64,000 nt of DNA. Source: Gnetum montanum. Its lineage: Eukaryota; Plantae; Gnetophyta. The stretch covers positions 124,001 to 188,000 of the forward strand of contig MNCI01002105.1 of NCBI GenBank assembly GCA_015680685.1, read 5' to 3'. This document shows, in pieces, positions 36,112 to 49,155 of the stretch. The notes below the pieces were generated by a model, which saw only the letters and a list, made by a program, of their open reading frames with translations, did no database searches and was not told where the DNA came from. How positions within the stretch are numbered: the stretch's first letter is position 1; each line of letters begins with the position of its first letter. Made by a program: the position numbers and the translations under genes.

Positions 36112-37601
36112 NGATTAACATGAAATGAGTACAGCTTAATCATAAACATTTAAGCATAACTACTTGGTAACCCAATAGCGTATCTAGGAGTGCTCAAGTA
36201 ATGTGTGCTTGGTAATCCCAAAAGTAGTACACAAGGTACAAGATGCATACGAATGATTAAGGATGGATGCTCATCACACTTAGGATAGCATAGATTTCAT
36301 TTTCCATGGTCTATTACCTTAATTAAGATTGTTCTCCATCATCTCTAGGAGTAGCATTATTTTAGGATCCCACCATTCACCTCACTCTGGATTAAACCAT
36401 ACATNCTGACAAACCACAATATATCAACACCCATTATCAACATATCAAATATTGTTGTTGTTGCCAACATCTGGTACCTTTGTAAAGATTAGAAGTTGAT
36501 CTTTCTCCTTTTCAATATAAAACAATTGGTCACCTTTTTATTGATCCTTTTGTTGATCTTCATGTTCTATAATTTTTTCTTTACCTTTCTTTTCATACTT
36601 CATTCTAGACTAACATTTTGAAGTATTGTGGGTGTTGGTACCAAAAAAATCACAATTCTTACTTTCCTTTGTTTGATTTGATCTTCCACAACCATGACCT
36701 CCAAGTCTGCTATGACCATGTCCACATCCTCTAAATGAGGATCTGCCTAAGGATTGTTGATTTTGATTTTGATTGAACTTCCTCTAAAATTGTACTTAAA
36801 ATGCATTTATTGTTGATTCCTCATGATCAAAAATCCTTTGCTCATATGTCCTTAAGCTTCCTATGAGCTCAACCATGATTATTCTATCAAGATCTCTTGC
36901 TTCTTCAATAGCCACAATGACAAGATCATATCGTCTAGTTACACTTTGAAGGATCTTTTCAATAGCACACCTTTCTTCAAGCATTTCTCCACAAGATCAA
37001 AGTTCATTTTGAAGCTATTGAAATCAACTGATGTATTGATCAAGATTCTTTGAATTTAGCATGCACAAAGATTTAAAATCTTTCATTAATACTTGTAACT
37101 TGACACCACAAACTTTTGATGATTCCTTGTATGTAATCTATAGTGCATCCCATGTAGCTTTGCTAATTTGATGCATGATAATTTTAGAAAATATTATCAC
37201 ATCTAACCCATATTAAATGATGAATAATGCTTTTGCATCTTTCTTACAAAGCTCCTTGACTTAATTCTTTTGTTCTTCCTTCAAGGCTTGAAACGTTTCT
37301 TGATCAACATCTTTAAATCCATTTTCAACAAAATCCCACAAATCTTGTGAGATAAAAAATGCCTACATCTTGATTGCCCAATACTCATAATTCTCTCCAT
37401 TGAAGATAGGAACTTAGAGAGATACAAATTAGTGATTTTCAGCCATTTTGGAGAGATCTGTTGGCAAGAATATGAACTAAGCTACTCTAATACCAAATGA
37501 AGAATCTAAAGGGCCTTGGATTTATGATCTAAGATAAAAGGAAATAAAGAACTTAGTTATAACAAACACACTCTTATGAAACTCTCTTAAATTCTCTTAC
37601 T

Positions 37602-38692
37602 TGTGTCAATTGAAAACTTCGGTGGCTGGAACATCAAGAGGTTAGCGGACATACAGCCTAACCCTGAGTCTATTTGAGGGCTATGCTGGAAATGGAGATG
37701 GGGTGCCCTAAATGGTCTTGTCGATTGAATAAATACATTGCCAGTTGTAATTGGGGTAATGGGTGCAACTGAGGGGTGGCATGGTTAGTTGAAATGCAAA
37801 TACAAACAACGTGAAGTGGAGCTAGGTGTCAAAGCAATTTTTCATGGTGCTAAGTGTAGAGCATAGCCACAAAATGGGGGAAAGTGTAGCCAAGGGTTTC
37901 GACCGAAACAAGGGTGTCAACCTGCAGAGACTACTGCTTAAGCATAGTACAATGTGATGATGCATGAAAAAGTGTGAAAAGATGCAAGAAAATGTTAGAA
38001 ATGGGAGAGAGAAATGGAACACCACCCCAAATGGGAGCATAGTTAACTCCAAAAGGATCTCAGAAGGTACATAGTGTATAATAGGCATAGTGGGCGCATA
38101 GTCATAGTCTTGGTGGTGTCGAGTCGTGAAGTCTAGTGCTTGTTGTAATGAACCGTGCCTACTAGGTTGGTTGCCGTGGTGTACTGTGTAGTGTTCTGTA
38201 GGGCTACAATGGGGCTGCAGTGTATCGCATGGTGCAAGGATGCCTATTTGCTGGTGTGGTGTGCTCTAGGTCTTGTTCACCCACGAAGCTAAGTGCTAAG
38301 ATGCCAAGATGCCAAAATGCCAAATGAAAGTGCCAACTGTCCACCCATAAAATGTTGGGACATAGGGGTATTTATAGGGCTAGGGTTAGCCCAAAAAGCA
38401 GATTGGGTGCCATGTGGTAGTGCAGTAGGTGGGACTATGAGAAAAATTCAAAAAATTTTCTAAGTCCAAAGGTGACCAGAAAAGTTTGAAAATTTTTCTA
38501 GCTCTAGCTGCTACGCTCACCCTATGCTACACGTAGGATGAATAACTTAGCAGTTTGAAAATTTTTTGCAAAATTGGTAGTTGGAGCTAACTACACTAAA
38601 CACTTAGAAAATTTTGGGCAAAGTGTCACCATTTTGACACTTAGCCAAATTTATAGTCAAGAAGCCGAGACCTAAAATTTTGTGGTGTTTCA
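37602..38692 (-). repeat. 3' LTR of T2
   Basis: Colinear with 44594-45609 (roughly 80% identity by eye); preceded by a PPT-like tract. Confidence 0.88.
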
Positions 38693-39754
38693 ATGACCCA
38701 TCTTTGTTGATGTCTGGAGGAATGGCTCGAGAGACATCGATAAAGAATTGCAAAACATCATAGCAAATGTGGCACCAACATCACTTGTTGATACTAGATC
38801 AGGTGTTGTTCCACCATGTTTAGGAGTGTTGTGGATAAGGGTATGCAGGGCAAAGTGTGTAGGCAATGTGCTAGGGAGATGAAATACAAGTTGAGGAAAT
38901 AAAATGCAAACAGTGTATCCTAATGTAAGATGCAAAGTTAGCATGGCTAACAATGACCATGGCATGAAGTGGCTTACCATTGAAACATTTACCTCTCATC
39001 GGAGTGCTCATGAGATAGTCAAAGTTAATCCAAGGCTAGGCTGGTTGCAAAGCTACAACATTGTTAATTTGCTTGATGATGTGCTTTTTCCCATTTTCTT
39101 TTTTTTTTTTTCAATTTTTGCTTTTTTTTTTGATTTGTTGTGAGGTGAACCCTCATTAGGTTTGACTTACTGCTAAATGTTAGTTTCAAGGTGTGGGCCA
39201 TTGAGTAGATGGGCTTTGCCTTGATGCAACCGCATTGTGTCTATAGGATAGGTGTTTCCTCCTTAGGATGAGTTGTGTTACATTTTCTTAGGCCTTGAAT
39301 TGCCAACAAAGGCTCCCCATGAGATGATTTGCATTATGGTATGTGAATGTAAGAGTGCATGTGCATAGGTTGGAATGAGATGAGGGGGATGTGCAATCTT
39401 CAACAGCTTTGCTAGCTCAATCATGCACATCAGAGTGATATGGCAACTTGTCGCTACGATGAGATGCATCTTTGCATTACTGCCTTCGTGGCTTCTTCCT
39501 ACAAACACAACTCTGAGAAGACAAGAAAACCACAAAACGTAAAATGCAAGTGCAAATGCCAGATGTGAAGATGCTATAAGTTTTGGATGTAAAGATGTTG
39601 CAAATGTGTCAAATGTTGCACTAGTTGCAAATGCTAGGGAAGCTAGTGAAAGTGCTAAGGCAATGATGTTGCAAGTTCTCTAAAGGTTGCATTGATGGTA
39701 GGTGTTCCAAAATATCAGTAGAATGGTGGGAGGTGATGATGTTGTGAATGTGCG

Positions 39755-39995
39755 AACCTAGTTTAAGGTCCTGTAAGTTCGTGAACCTAGTTTAAGATCT
39801 TGGAAGACCATGGGATGCTAGTTTATAATCCTAGCAGACTATTGGGTGCTAATTTAACATCATAGTGGATGAGTTGTTGTGCTAGTTTAACGTCATGACC
39901 CAAGGATGATTTGTACGAGTTTATAGTCATAGTGGATTGTTGTGCTAGTTTATAGTCATAATGGACTATCTATGCCATTTTTTTGCATCATGGTG
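39755..39995 (-). repeat. Array of ~28-33-bp units with core GACnTTAAACTAGC in the 3' region of T2
   Basis: Repeated GCTAGTTTAA(G/C)GTC on the plus strand. Confidence 0.75.
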
Positions 39996-40499
39996 GATGA
40001 GTGCTTACCTTGCTTGTGTGAGGTGCAATGCTGCATGCGTAGTCATGCTGTGTGCCTACAAGATCCTACAAAAATCAACTAGAAAAACAACATCAAGTAG
40101 CACTTGTCATAAATAGAGTTAAAATGCACAAATAAAATGAATGCAATGCAAAAAGCAATAGTTTTAGGTTGTTTTAGGCCATGGGATAGTTTAAGGCCTT
40201 TTCAGGCCACAACAATAATTTAAGGTCATTTTGGGCCATCACTAATTTAAGGAATGTTTAGGCCATGTGTTTTTGTAGTATTATGATTATTTTTATTTCT
40301 ATGTGTTTTTGATGTTTTTCAAATGCAATGTGTAAGCTAAGTGGATGTATGCATAAACAAAGTAGAAATATGTAAAAAAAGTGAAGCAGTGTGTAAACTA
40401 AAAAAGTAGGTGAAATGTAAATGCATGAACAAATGCAACATAAGAAAAAACAAAAAATGAATGGCTCATAGAGGCAAGGGGTAAGTAGGCGCTTAGCAT

Positions 40500-43400
40500 G
40501 TTTTTGGCCAAGGAATAGTCTTAGTCACATAGTTGCTTCCTAACTGGGTATGGATTAGGAGGCATGCATGGCTTAGGACCCTCTGGGAGGCTATTGGATT
40601 CAATTGCTCATTTGAGTATGTTAGCCTTATATGTTGTGTTGGTTGCCTTAGATGCATCACCAAAAAAATCCACCTTTGACACTTACTCCATGCCTATGTT
40701 GTGGATAGCTGGAGAGGAGGCGTTATCACCGTGGATGATAACTTGACCACCTTTGTATGTAAGTTGGACTTCTTGGTGGATGGGAGAGGAGATGACCTAT
40801 AGTTGAGCTAGCCAAGGCCTACCCAAGATTAGGTTGAAGCTTGGCATCTCCTCTATGATAGTGAAATCTGCGTTGGTGGGAAATTTTTCTCCTACCATGA
40901 AGGCTAATCTGATTTTACCCTTAACAATGACACATGATCCGTTGAAGGATTTTAGACATGCGACTTGGGTTGGCCTAATTTCGTCTACCAAGCCTAGCTT
41001 GTCAATGATGGAGTGTAGAACTATGTTTGTTATTGCACCATCATCAATATGCACTCTATGGATTGTGCATTGCCCAACACATATGCTAATGGACAATGGA
41101 GCTGTAGTGACCTCCTCTCATTTTGGGTTGACCTTAACTGCATTGTCGTGAAACTCTAAGGATGTTGAACTTGATTCCTATAGTGTAGGGGGCAACATCA
41201 TTACATGGATGGTATTCTCATCTATAGGTATGTTCTCTATAACAAGAATGAAGGCCAACATTTAGGCCAACGCTTGGCGATGAGTAGATGAGGTCATGAC
41301 CAGGTCATATAAGCTCAATGTTGTGTTCTTTTGTTGAGCATTTGTTTCACCTGGGTTAGTGTAGATACAAGGTCCTTATCGTCAGCTGTTGTGTTGGACT
41401 TGACTTCCTCCATGTGGCTTGAGAGATGGACCTCTCATGGCGGGGACTTGGGCTTAGGTTGCTTGGCTTGCTTGGGGGCAAGGGCCTTAGTGTTTGGTTG
41501 TTGCTTGCTAGTTATGGCCTTTGCTTTGACCATGGGGGTTGTGAGGTGCTTGTTCATCCTCTCGTGTTGCCATTTGGTAGGCCTACTTAGGTTGCTAGTG
41601 GGATTAGCCCTCAAAGGAGGAGAGATTGAGACATTACCCACTATTGGGCTTCGGGTAGGTGAGGGGTCATCATGTTATGGCATCCTTATGATAAATGATG
41701 GTTTAGGAGTTGTTGTAGGCCCAACTCGTTGTGGGACCTTGATGATGAAAGGTTGCTTAGTGGTTGTTGTTGCTACATCATGCTAGTTTAACGTCTTAGT
41801 GGATGATTGGTTTCGTTGCCAATTTAACGTCTTAGAGGATGATTGCTATGGAACCTTGATCACAAAGGGTGTTGTGGGTGCTTGAGGTGGCACTTTGATA
41901 ACAAAGGAAGGCCTCTTGTTTGTGGAGGTTTAGGGGATCCTTGCCTTGCTAGGAGGCACGTAGATCAAAAAAGGTTGTTGCATAGGTTTAGACTTGCCAC
42001 CTACGCTAATGGAGTTTATCACATAGGTGGCATCATCTACATTGGATTGGCTCACTATCTCAAGCACCAGTTGGCCCCGTTCTATCATTCTTTGTAGATT
42101 ATCTTGCAAAGCACGACAGTTGTTCATATTATGACCAAACATTTAGTGGTAATGATAATATTGGTCTAGCTTGAAGTGTTGTGGAGCTAGGGGCTCGTTT
42201 GGTACTGCTAAGGTGGGATTCCTTAGTAGTTCACAGTACTTGTCATGTTTTTGATAGGTAATCTCTGATACATGTTTGTATTGGATTTGCCTAGCTTTTA
42301 AGAGTTTCTCTAGCAATTCAAAGGATTCCATCAGTAGTGGTGTATACTTTGAGTGATCCTTGCTCTCAAAGTTGTTCCTTGGGTTGACCCCTACCAAAGT
42401 ATGCGAGTTGGCACTAGAGTTAGTGGCTTTGTGAGCTGGGGCCTTGGGCTACTTAGCCATCAGGCCTCAGTTGATTTCTTTTGTGCTTGTGGCCACTATT
42501 GCCATTGTTGCATTTTCCTTATGCACATGTTATTTTCTGGAGGCCATGTAGGTTAGGTCATTACTAGCTTGTGCTACCTCCTCTATACCCTTCGTTTGGG
42601 AAAAGTCTTGGCTAAGAGACTTTGGGACTAGGTAATATAGTTTGGACTTGATGAAGTCATTAACTACACCCTTGAAGATGGCTAGTAGATGCATCTCTAC
42701 TAGGGGTTCACACATTTCTTTTAATGTAGCACTTCAACATTGGAGAAATTTTGGCACAAGCTCTAGGGGCCCCTACTTAACCTGCATGAGTTTGTCAAGG
42801 GTTGCTTCAAGCTTTAGGTTGTACTTGAAATGTGTCACAAACTAGCTTATGAGGTCCTCCAAAGAAGATATTGAGGCCTTGGGTAGCACAAGATACCAGT
42901 CTAAGGTCTTGCCAATGAGTGACATGGGGAACACACGCATGATGGCATGTGACCAAGCTTGAAGGAGCAGGCACTTGGATGGAAATGTGACCAAGTGTGC
43001 ATTAGGGTTCCCTTTGCCATTGTACTTGGTGAGTTGAGGTAGCTAGACCCTAGTTGGAAGTGTTAGGGGTGGGACTATAGGACTTATGGGGTCATCTTAG
43101 TAGAAGCCCACCACCTTGCCGATTTCGGTGGAGGTAGCTTTGACTTGGTTAATCTCCTCCATCAAAATTTGGATTAGCTAGAATGCCTGATCCAAGCTTG
43201 GGGATGTGCCAATTGGTTGCATTAGTTGGGCTTACGTTGGTTGTATAATGTAGGGTTAGATTGTTGGTTGTAGAGTTTTCCAGTTTAATATCATAGCAGA
43301 TGGGCATTGCCATTTTAACATCATGGTAGACTAGAGTTGCTAGTTTAATGTCGTAGTAGATGGGTATTGCTAGTGTAACATCATAGCAAATGGTTGTTGC

Positions 43401-43880
43401 TAGTTTAACGTCGTAGAAAATGGGTTTAGTTGATGTGTTGGGTGAGCGATGGGCATGGTGATCAAGGTAGGCCACACACGAGTGGGTTGGACAGACATTG
43501 TGAGCATCGATGAGATAGGCGAGACATAGGATGCCTGAATCATATGGGGCTAGGAGGTGGCCTCTATGTGAGTATGGGGTTGGACAACTACAACGGTCAC
43601 TCAAAAGGAAGGCTAAATTGGCATGGTTACCATCTCAAAGAGGATAGGTGGACCGAACCAAGGAGGGATTGTATTACGGAGTGGTTATTGGAAGATGGTT
43701 TAGAGGGGGCTCTCGCATTTAGAGTAGGTCTCAAACACATCTTCCTCCTCCTGTGAGGCTTTCTTGTAGGTTGTCCCTGCATCATGCTCATTTGAACAAA
43801 TGAGTTGGAACAATAGTTGGTTGTAGGACTTTGTGAGTGGAATTATGTCGAATAAGGAGGGGTTGTACTCCCATATGTCT
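40500..43880 (-). pseudogene. gag-protease remnant of T2
   Basis: LTKYNGKGNPNAHL..VFPMSL.GK.LDWY (gag). YHYH.MFGHNMNNC (knuckle-like). RVHIDDGAITNIV..FNLILGRPWL (aspartic protease). Confidence 0.85.
43275..43420 (-). repeat. Five 30-bp units with core TACGACnTTAAACTAGC inside the T2 gag N-terminal region
   Basis: Reads YDVKLATTIC-like repeats in ORF 43149-43604. Two more units occur at 41780-41840. Confidence 0.85.
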
Positions 43881-44094
43881 TAGTGGACTAGTTTGTAGTT
43901 CTATTTTGCCTCCAAGTCAAGGCAATCCACTAGTAATCCTACTTGGATTTTGACACAAAAAAAATTGTATTGTTCATGGCTTAGTGCGACATGCTTTGGG
44001 TGGATCTTGGTGTCAAATGTGTTAGACATAGACGTGGAAGGTTGATTTAAATTCATGTTCACATATTGGGTTATGAGTGTTTCTATTTACAAAA

Positions 44095-44350
44095 AATAGC
44101 TAACTCTAAAAATTGCAGAAAAATGCCTAAGTTTGTCGATAGTAGAAAAATGGCTAAGTATAAAAATGTAGAAAAACAGCTAAGTGTAAAAATGTAGGAA
44201 AATGGCTAAGTATGCAAACTATAAAAAATTTACTAAGTGTATAATTATAGAAAATTTGCTAAGTATGAAATTGCAAAAATTTGGCTAAGTATGAAAATGC
44301 AAAAAAAAAAAAAAATGCTAACTATGAAAAGTGTTGAAAATGGCTAACTC
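44095..44350. repeat. ~26-bp tandem repeat in the T2 5' UTR
   Basis: AAAAATGGCTAAGTATAAAAATGTAG-like unit, about 9 copies. Confidence 0.85.
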
Positions 44351-44593
44351 TAGTGCTATGCTCGCTACACTAGAGCTGGCTATGCTCTCTATGCTGAGAG
44401 ATAGCTATGCTCTCCTGAGCATTCGAAATTTTGGTTAAGTGCCAAAGATTTGCTTTGGCTTTTGTCTAATGGGGTTCCAGGGGAATTGATGACGGGGCCC
44501 AACCTACACCCATTGATGGTGGAGAGAGAATATGGGACAAAAATCATAAAATGCATAAGGAAATGGTGAGGCCCTCTTTCTAGCATCAAAAAC

Positions 44594-45609
44594 TGTAACG
44601 AATAAAAACATCGGTGGTGGAATCACTAAGGGGTCAACGAATGCATAACCTTAACCTTGCCTCTGTGTAAGGGCCTTACTGGAAACGAAGGTAGAACACC
44701 CTAAATAGTCTTGTCAATGGAATAGGAACTTTGTTAGTTGCAATTAGGGGAATTGCGTGCAACTAGGGGGTGGCATGGTTTTCCAAAATGCAAATGCAAA
44801 CAACATGAAATGGAGCTAAGTGTCAAAGCGGTGTTTCACGGTGCTAAATGTAGAGTGTAGCCATAGAATGGGGGCAAGTGTAGCCAAGTGTTTTGACTAA
44901 AATGAGGGTGTTAACCTACGGAGACTAATGCTTGAGCTTAGTATAGTGTGAAGACACATGAAAAAGTGTAAAAAGATGCAAGAAAAATGTAAGAAAATGC
45001 TAGAAATGAGAGAGAGAAATGGAACACCGCCCTAAATAGGAGCATAATTAACTCCAAAAGGGTCTCAAAAGGTACACAGTGCACAATAGGAATAGTGGAA
45101 GCATAGTTATAGTATTGGTGATGTCAAGTTGTGAAGTCTAGCACTCGTTGTGATGAACCATGCCCACCAGGTTGGTCGCTATAGTGTGCCATGCGATTCT
45201 ATAGGACTGCAACAGGGCTGTAGTGTACCATGCAATGCAGGGATGCCTCTCTATCAATGTGATGTGCTCTAGGTCTCGTTTATCCATGAAGTTAAGTGCC
45301 AAGATGCCAAAATGCCAAATGCGAAATGAAAGTGCCAACTTCCCACTCCTAAAATGTTGGGGTGCAAGGGTATCTATAGGACTAGGGCTAGCCCAAAATG
45401 TGGATTAGATGCCACATGGAAGTGTAGTAGGTGGGACTACGAGAAAAATTTAGAAAATTTTCTAACTCCAGAGGTGACCAAAAAAGTTCAAAATTTTTTC
45501 GAACTCTAGTTGCTACGCTTGCCCTGTGTTACATGTTGGACGCATAACTTAGCAGTTAGAAAAAAGTTTGCAATTGAGATGTTGAGACCTGAAATTTTTT
45601 ATTGTTTCA
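44594..45609 (-). repeat. 5' LTR of T2
   Basis: Followed on the minus strand by the PBS at 44570-44588; TATA-like box at ~45375. Confidence 0.88.
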
Positions 45610-45859
45610 TTATTAATGAATATGTGCTACTCTAATTATATGGACCTCGATCTCCCAAGATTAGATTTGGAGAGATAAGCTTGAATCTAGGAAATCATGG
45701 AAATGATACTTAACATCTTATTTAAGGATTTTTTTAAATAAAGAATGAACTAATTATGAGATTATATAGGAATTATATGAATAGGATCTCATCTTATTTA
45801 ATATAGATTTATGGAAAAGATCTATCTAATTCCTTTGTGGAACATCTAATCATCATATT

Positions 45860-46440
45860 CCACATTCTTATTAGTACATTGTACATCTTGCTCATAGTTG
45901 TTGATTTTACTAGATGTACTTGAGTGTTTTTCATGTGATACAAAATTGAAACTTATTTTTTATTAAAATCCTTTTTTACATTAATTGAAACAATTTGGTT
46001 GTAAAATCAAACGAATTTGAAGTGATAATGGTATCGAATTCAATAGGGATTCCTTTTATTAAGAAAAAGATATCAATCATCAATGTACTTGTGTTGCTAC
46101 CTTGCAACAAAATGGCATACTTAAATAAAAACATTGACATCTTATAAATGTTGCTTGAGCTTCAAGGCTTTAGATTGATCTAGCTTTACATTTTTTGGGG
46201 GAATATGTTCTCATCACTATCTATCTCATCATTTATACTTCCACACCTATTTTATCTAATTAAACCTCTCATCAAGTTCTTTTTAATTATAAACCTTTGC
46301 ATTCTCATCTTAGAGTTTTTGGATGTCTATGATATGCTAGTATATTTTTTGATAAAAAATCAAAGTTTGGTCATGTTCTTTTCTTAGTTATCCTTACATT
46401 CAAAAAGGATACAAGCTATTTGATTTGGATACTAAAAGAT
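45860..46440 (+). pseudogene. Degraded Ty1/copia integrase core fragment (independent of the minus-strand copia)
   Basis: Manual translation: VVDFTRCT*VF..FGCKIKRI*SDNGIEF..HQCTCVATLQQNGI..FWGE..HLRVFGCL..YPYIQKGYKLFDL. Confidence 0.85.
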
Positions 46441-46728
46441 CATCATTGTTAAATGATGGATGAAATTCTAGATTAAAAAACTTGATTTTTTAATGAAATT
46501 TTAAGATTTTTGCTTACAACAAGCTAACCATGAGTCATGGTTATTGTATCCACTTTTTTGATTTCACAATTACCAAGAACAATTGTGGCTTCGGCATTGT
46601 CTCACCTAATTTTGAGCATAAAACTCCCTAAAAATGACATCTAAAGGTATATTTTCAACTTCTAGAGGCCTCTAGGGACCATTTTAGCTCATAACCTAGC
46701 ATATGAGCATCACTTCTGGCAATCCTGG

Positions 46729-48650
46729 TGTTGGCGACCGTTTGGGACGCGACCGCCAACGAGTGTCCTCGAACAGGATTTAGGTGTCTGCTGGTCTCTG
46801 GCAACACCAAGGCCCAGATACCTCCAAATAAACTCAGTAGTTAATGTGAGTATGTGTGTGTGCTGTTGCAGCGTGTGGTTGTGAGAAATGTAATGATTGC
46901 ATTGTATGTAAACTACAAATGACTTACTTTAAAGAGATTCAGCCAACTTTGCCCAGTACTATGAGTTCTTGAAAATTTCCTATTTTGTTCAACTGCCTAG
47001 TCTACGTGGTCCTTATAATACCCACTTGTAACAAATAAGATTTTGCAAAAACATTTGAGCACAACTCCGCAATCTACTCCTAATTTTCCCCAGAGAAAGA
47101 GATAGTTCCACAAGAAAACTAGAAATAGAACAAGATTCGATGGAAATAGACAGAAAAGAAAAGAAAGAAGATTTGTGTAGACCTCAAATATTTAAACAAG
47201 GTAAAATGACACGAGTAAACACTTCACAATAAAGCTATCCCAAATTCAATATCTACGAATTGTTCAAACTTCCAAGGCTCAAACAAGCAATATCTTCAAG
47301 ACAATCCTACTATGCTACCAAAAATTACTGCGTAAACTACCACGTCCGAGACTCCATTTTGACTAGATAATAGATGTCAACGATTGCATTCAAATAGAAC
47401 CTTTAAAAGACTTGACAATTTCTGATTGAAAAACCACGAGAATTCACTTTAAAGATAAAAAAAAGCTATTATAGTCCTATCAAAATACCAAAGATTTTCT
47501 AAACCCTCTCAACTACTGAATTGTTCAACGGCGTGACTACAAACAGAGTCTCTCTTACAACAATACCAATAGCAGTTCCCACACGTTGCACAATAATGAA
47601 ATTTACTACTAAAATGCTCTTAAGGCTTTTAAACACAAGCGTTTCTATGGAAAAATTTTAATAGAAATTTCTATCGGGCAACAAGAACAATAAGAGCAAT
47701 CTAAAAATCCCAAAATTACCTGCCAAGGATGATACTATCTAAACCACTAGCTAAACAATCAAAACAAAACAAAAAATGAAATGCATAACTCACAGAACCA
47801 TGACAAAGAGGCTGAAATCTTTATTCTAGCAAGCCATCTTGCAAGCAATCGTCACAACTTCTTCTTTACAAAATACTCTTCTCCCCAAGACTCAAAGTGT
47901 CTCCAAGTAAGAGCCCAAGTGCTAACTAGTAGTCTTCAAAATGTGATGTATGAGACCCCAAGTGTGATGTGAGAAGTGATTTCCCTCCTCCTTGACCCTT
48001 GAAGCCTTTTTATAGGGTTCCAAGGTAGGTAGGGAAGTTACATATTCAAAAATATCTCACCTAACTTCTCTCCCAAGTAACTTGGCCAACCAATTAGGAG
48101 GTTACTTGCCCAACAAGTTAGGAGGTTACTTGCCCAACAAGTTAGGTAAGTTACAACAATATTGGGTGGTTTCAACCACCAAAGAGATAAAAAGGCTACA
48201 ATTGACAAGTGGTCTTGGTGGTTACAATATCATAGAAAATTAAAATACAACCACTAAAATACATAGAAATACAAGCTATAGTTGCAACTTATTCCATACA
48301 TATATATCCCTTTTATTTTGCTTCTTCAAAATGAGATGTCAAGTCTTCTAAGTGATGTATAGAGAAGTTACAATTTCAAAATATCTCACCTAACGTCTCT
48401 CCCAAGTAACTTGTCCAACCAATAGGAGATTACTTGCTAAAATATCCTAGCTAACTTTTCTTCCAAGTAAGGTGGTTACAACTTACTCATTTAATTAGGA
48501 AGGATTTATTTAGGAAGTTATACATGTAATTAGGAGAGATTTATGCTTTGGAAATTATATCTATACTTTTAAACAAACATGTCATAAACATGTTAATGTT
48601 ACAAATATTTGTAAGTGCTTAATATAACTTATATATATATATAATATCAA
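46729..48650 (-). mobile_element. Unclassified LTR-like repeat(s); boundaries uncertain
   Basis: TGTTGGCG..CGCCAAC terminus-like motif at 46729, minus-strand TATA at ~48010, 24-bp tandem GGAGGTTACTTGCCCAACAAGTTA, and a duplicated block at 48046/48376. Confidence 0.35.
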
Positions 48651-48942
48651 CCAACAATGTTTTTGAAGTCTTGAGATAAATTAGAAAAGGGTAAGTTTAT
48701 AACTAGGGCTTCACATGTGCATATGGTATTGTGGATTATTTTAAATTTTATTTAATAAACTGCAAACTTCGGTTTACCAGCATCGGCCAGAAATATCTCT
48801 GGACACTTGTCCTGATGTGCTTCCGTGTCTTTGTTGCTGTATTCATCGGACTGGTATGCGATGCCGAATGCATCAGCGTTGGTCATGGCTGCTGTTTTGG
48901 GAGGTAAGTTGCAGGAGGACGACATACCACCCAAAATTCAAA

Positions 48943-49155
48943 ATGAATCTGCTTGTCGTCCGCCCTTTGCTCTCTGCCTTTTGTCCTCTGTTTTTTATTT
49001 TCTGCAGTGCAATTGTAGATGCGCGGGACAGAACACCGAAAAATGCAGATTCTGATTTGGGGTTTTTCATGCATCCTGCGTCCGCGTATGGTGTTGGTGC
49101 TGCCGTTATTGCCTTCATCTGCCTTTGTGCGCCCGCTTCTTGCGTGTTATGTTGA
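48943..49155 (+). other. Possible small single-pass membrane protein gene or fragment in a CpG-retaining island
   Basis: MNLLVVRPLLSAFCPLFFIFCSAIVDA (signal-like), a short polar segment, then AYGVGAAVIAFICLCAPASCVLC (TM-like). No family recognised. Confidence 0.3.

Larger units (their letters stand above)
27520..36405 (-). mobile_element. Athila-type Ty3/gypsy element, non-autonomous (gag plus ORF2/env-like, no pol)
   Basis: 3' LTR 27520-28382 with PPT TGGGGGTA. 5' LTR from 35741, broken by Ns. PBS TGGTGTTGTTGTTGGGGAT is a decayed TGGCGCCGTTGCCGGGGAT (tRNA-Asp). Inserted in the copia protease motif. Confidence 0.88.
24908..37601 (-). mobile_element. Degraded Ty1/copia LTR retrotransposon interrupted by an Athila element. 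Its 5' LTR is split by T2 and probably continues at ~45610-45850.
   Basis: PBS TGGTATTAGAG (iMet type) at ~37485-37495. Gag PIFNGENYEYWAIKM..QDLWD and IEKILQSVT..IVAIEEARDL. Protease WFV..|..CSNHMT. RT AFLNG..E.VYVE. RNase H YDSTSTIAMTHNPVHHGHSKHIDIK. No 3' LTR recognised. Confidence 0.85.
37602..45609 (-). mobile_element. Tat-clade non-autonomous LTR element T2 (gag-protease only), 8.0 kb
   Basis: LTRs 37602-38692 and 44594-45609 (TGAAACA..ACA). TSD TTACT/TTATT. PBS TGATGCTAGAAAGAGGG is a decayed TGGCGCTAGAAGGAGGG (tRNA-Asn type). Gag and protease present, no RT/RH/INT motifs seen. Confidence 0.88.

Noticed and set aside
35897-36406. Perfect ~215-bp inverted repeat (35897-36111 versus 36191-36405) that looks like a hairpin or siRNA locus
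   Set aside because: The inverted block is bounded by single Ns (36112, 36406) and is identical to the adjacent LTR sequence. This is most likely a mis-oriented contig in the scaffold.
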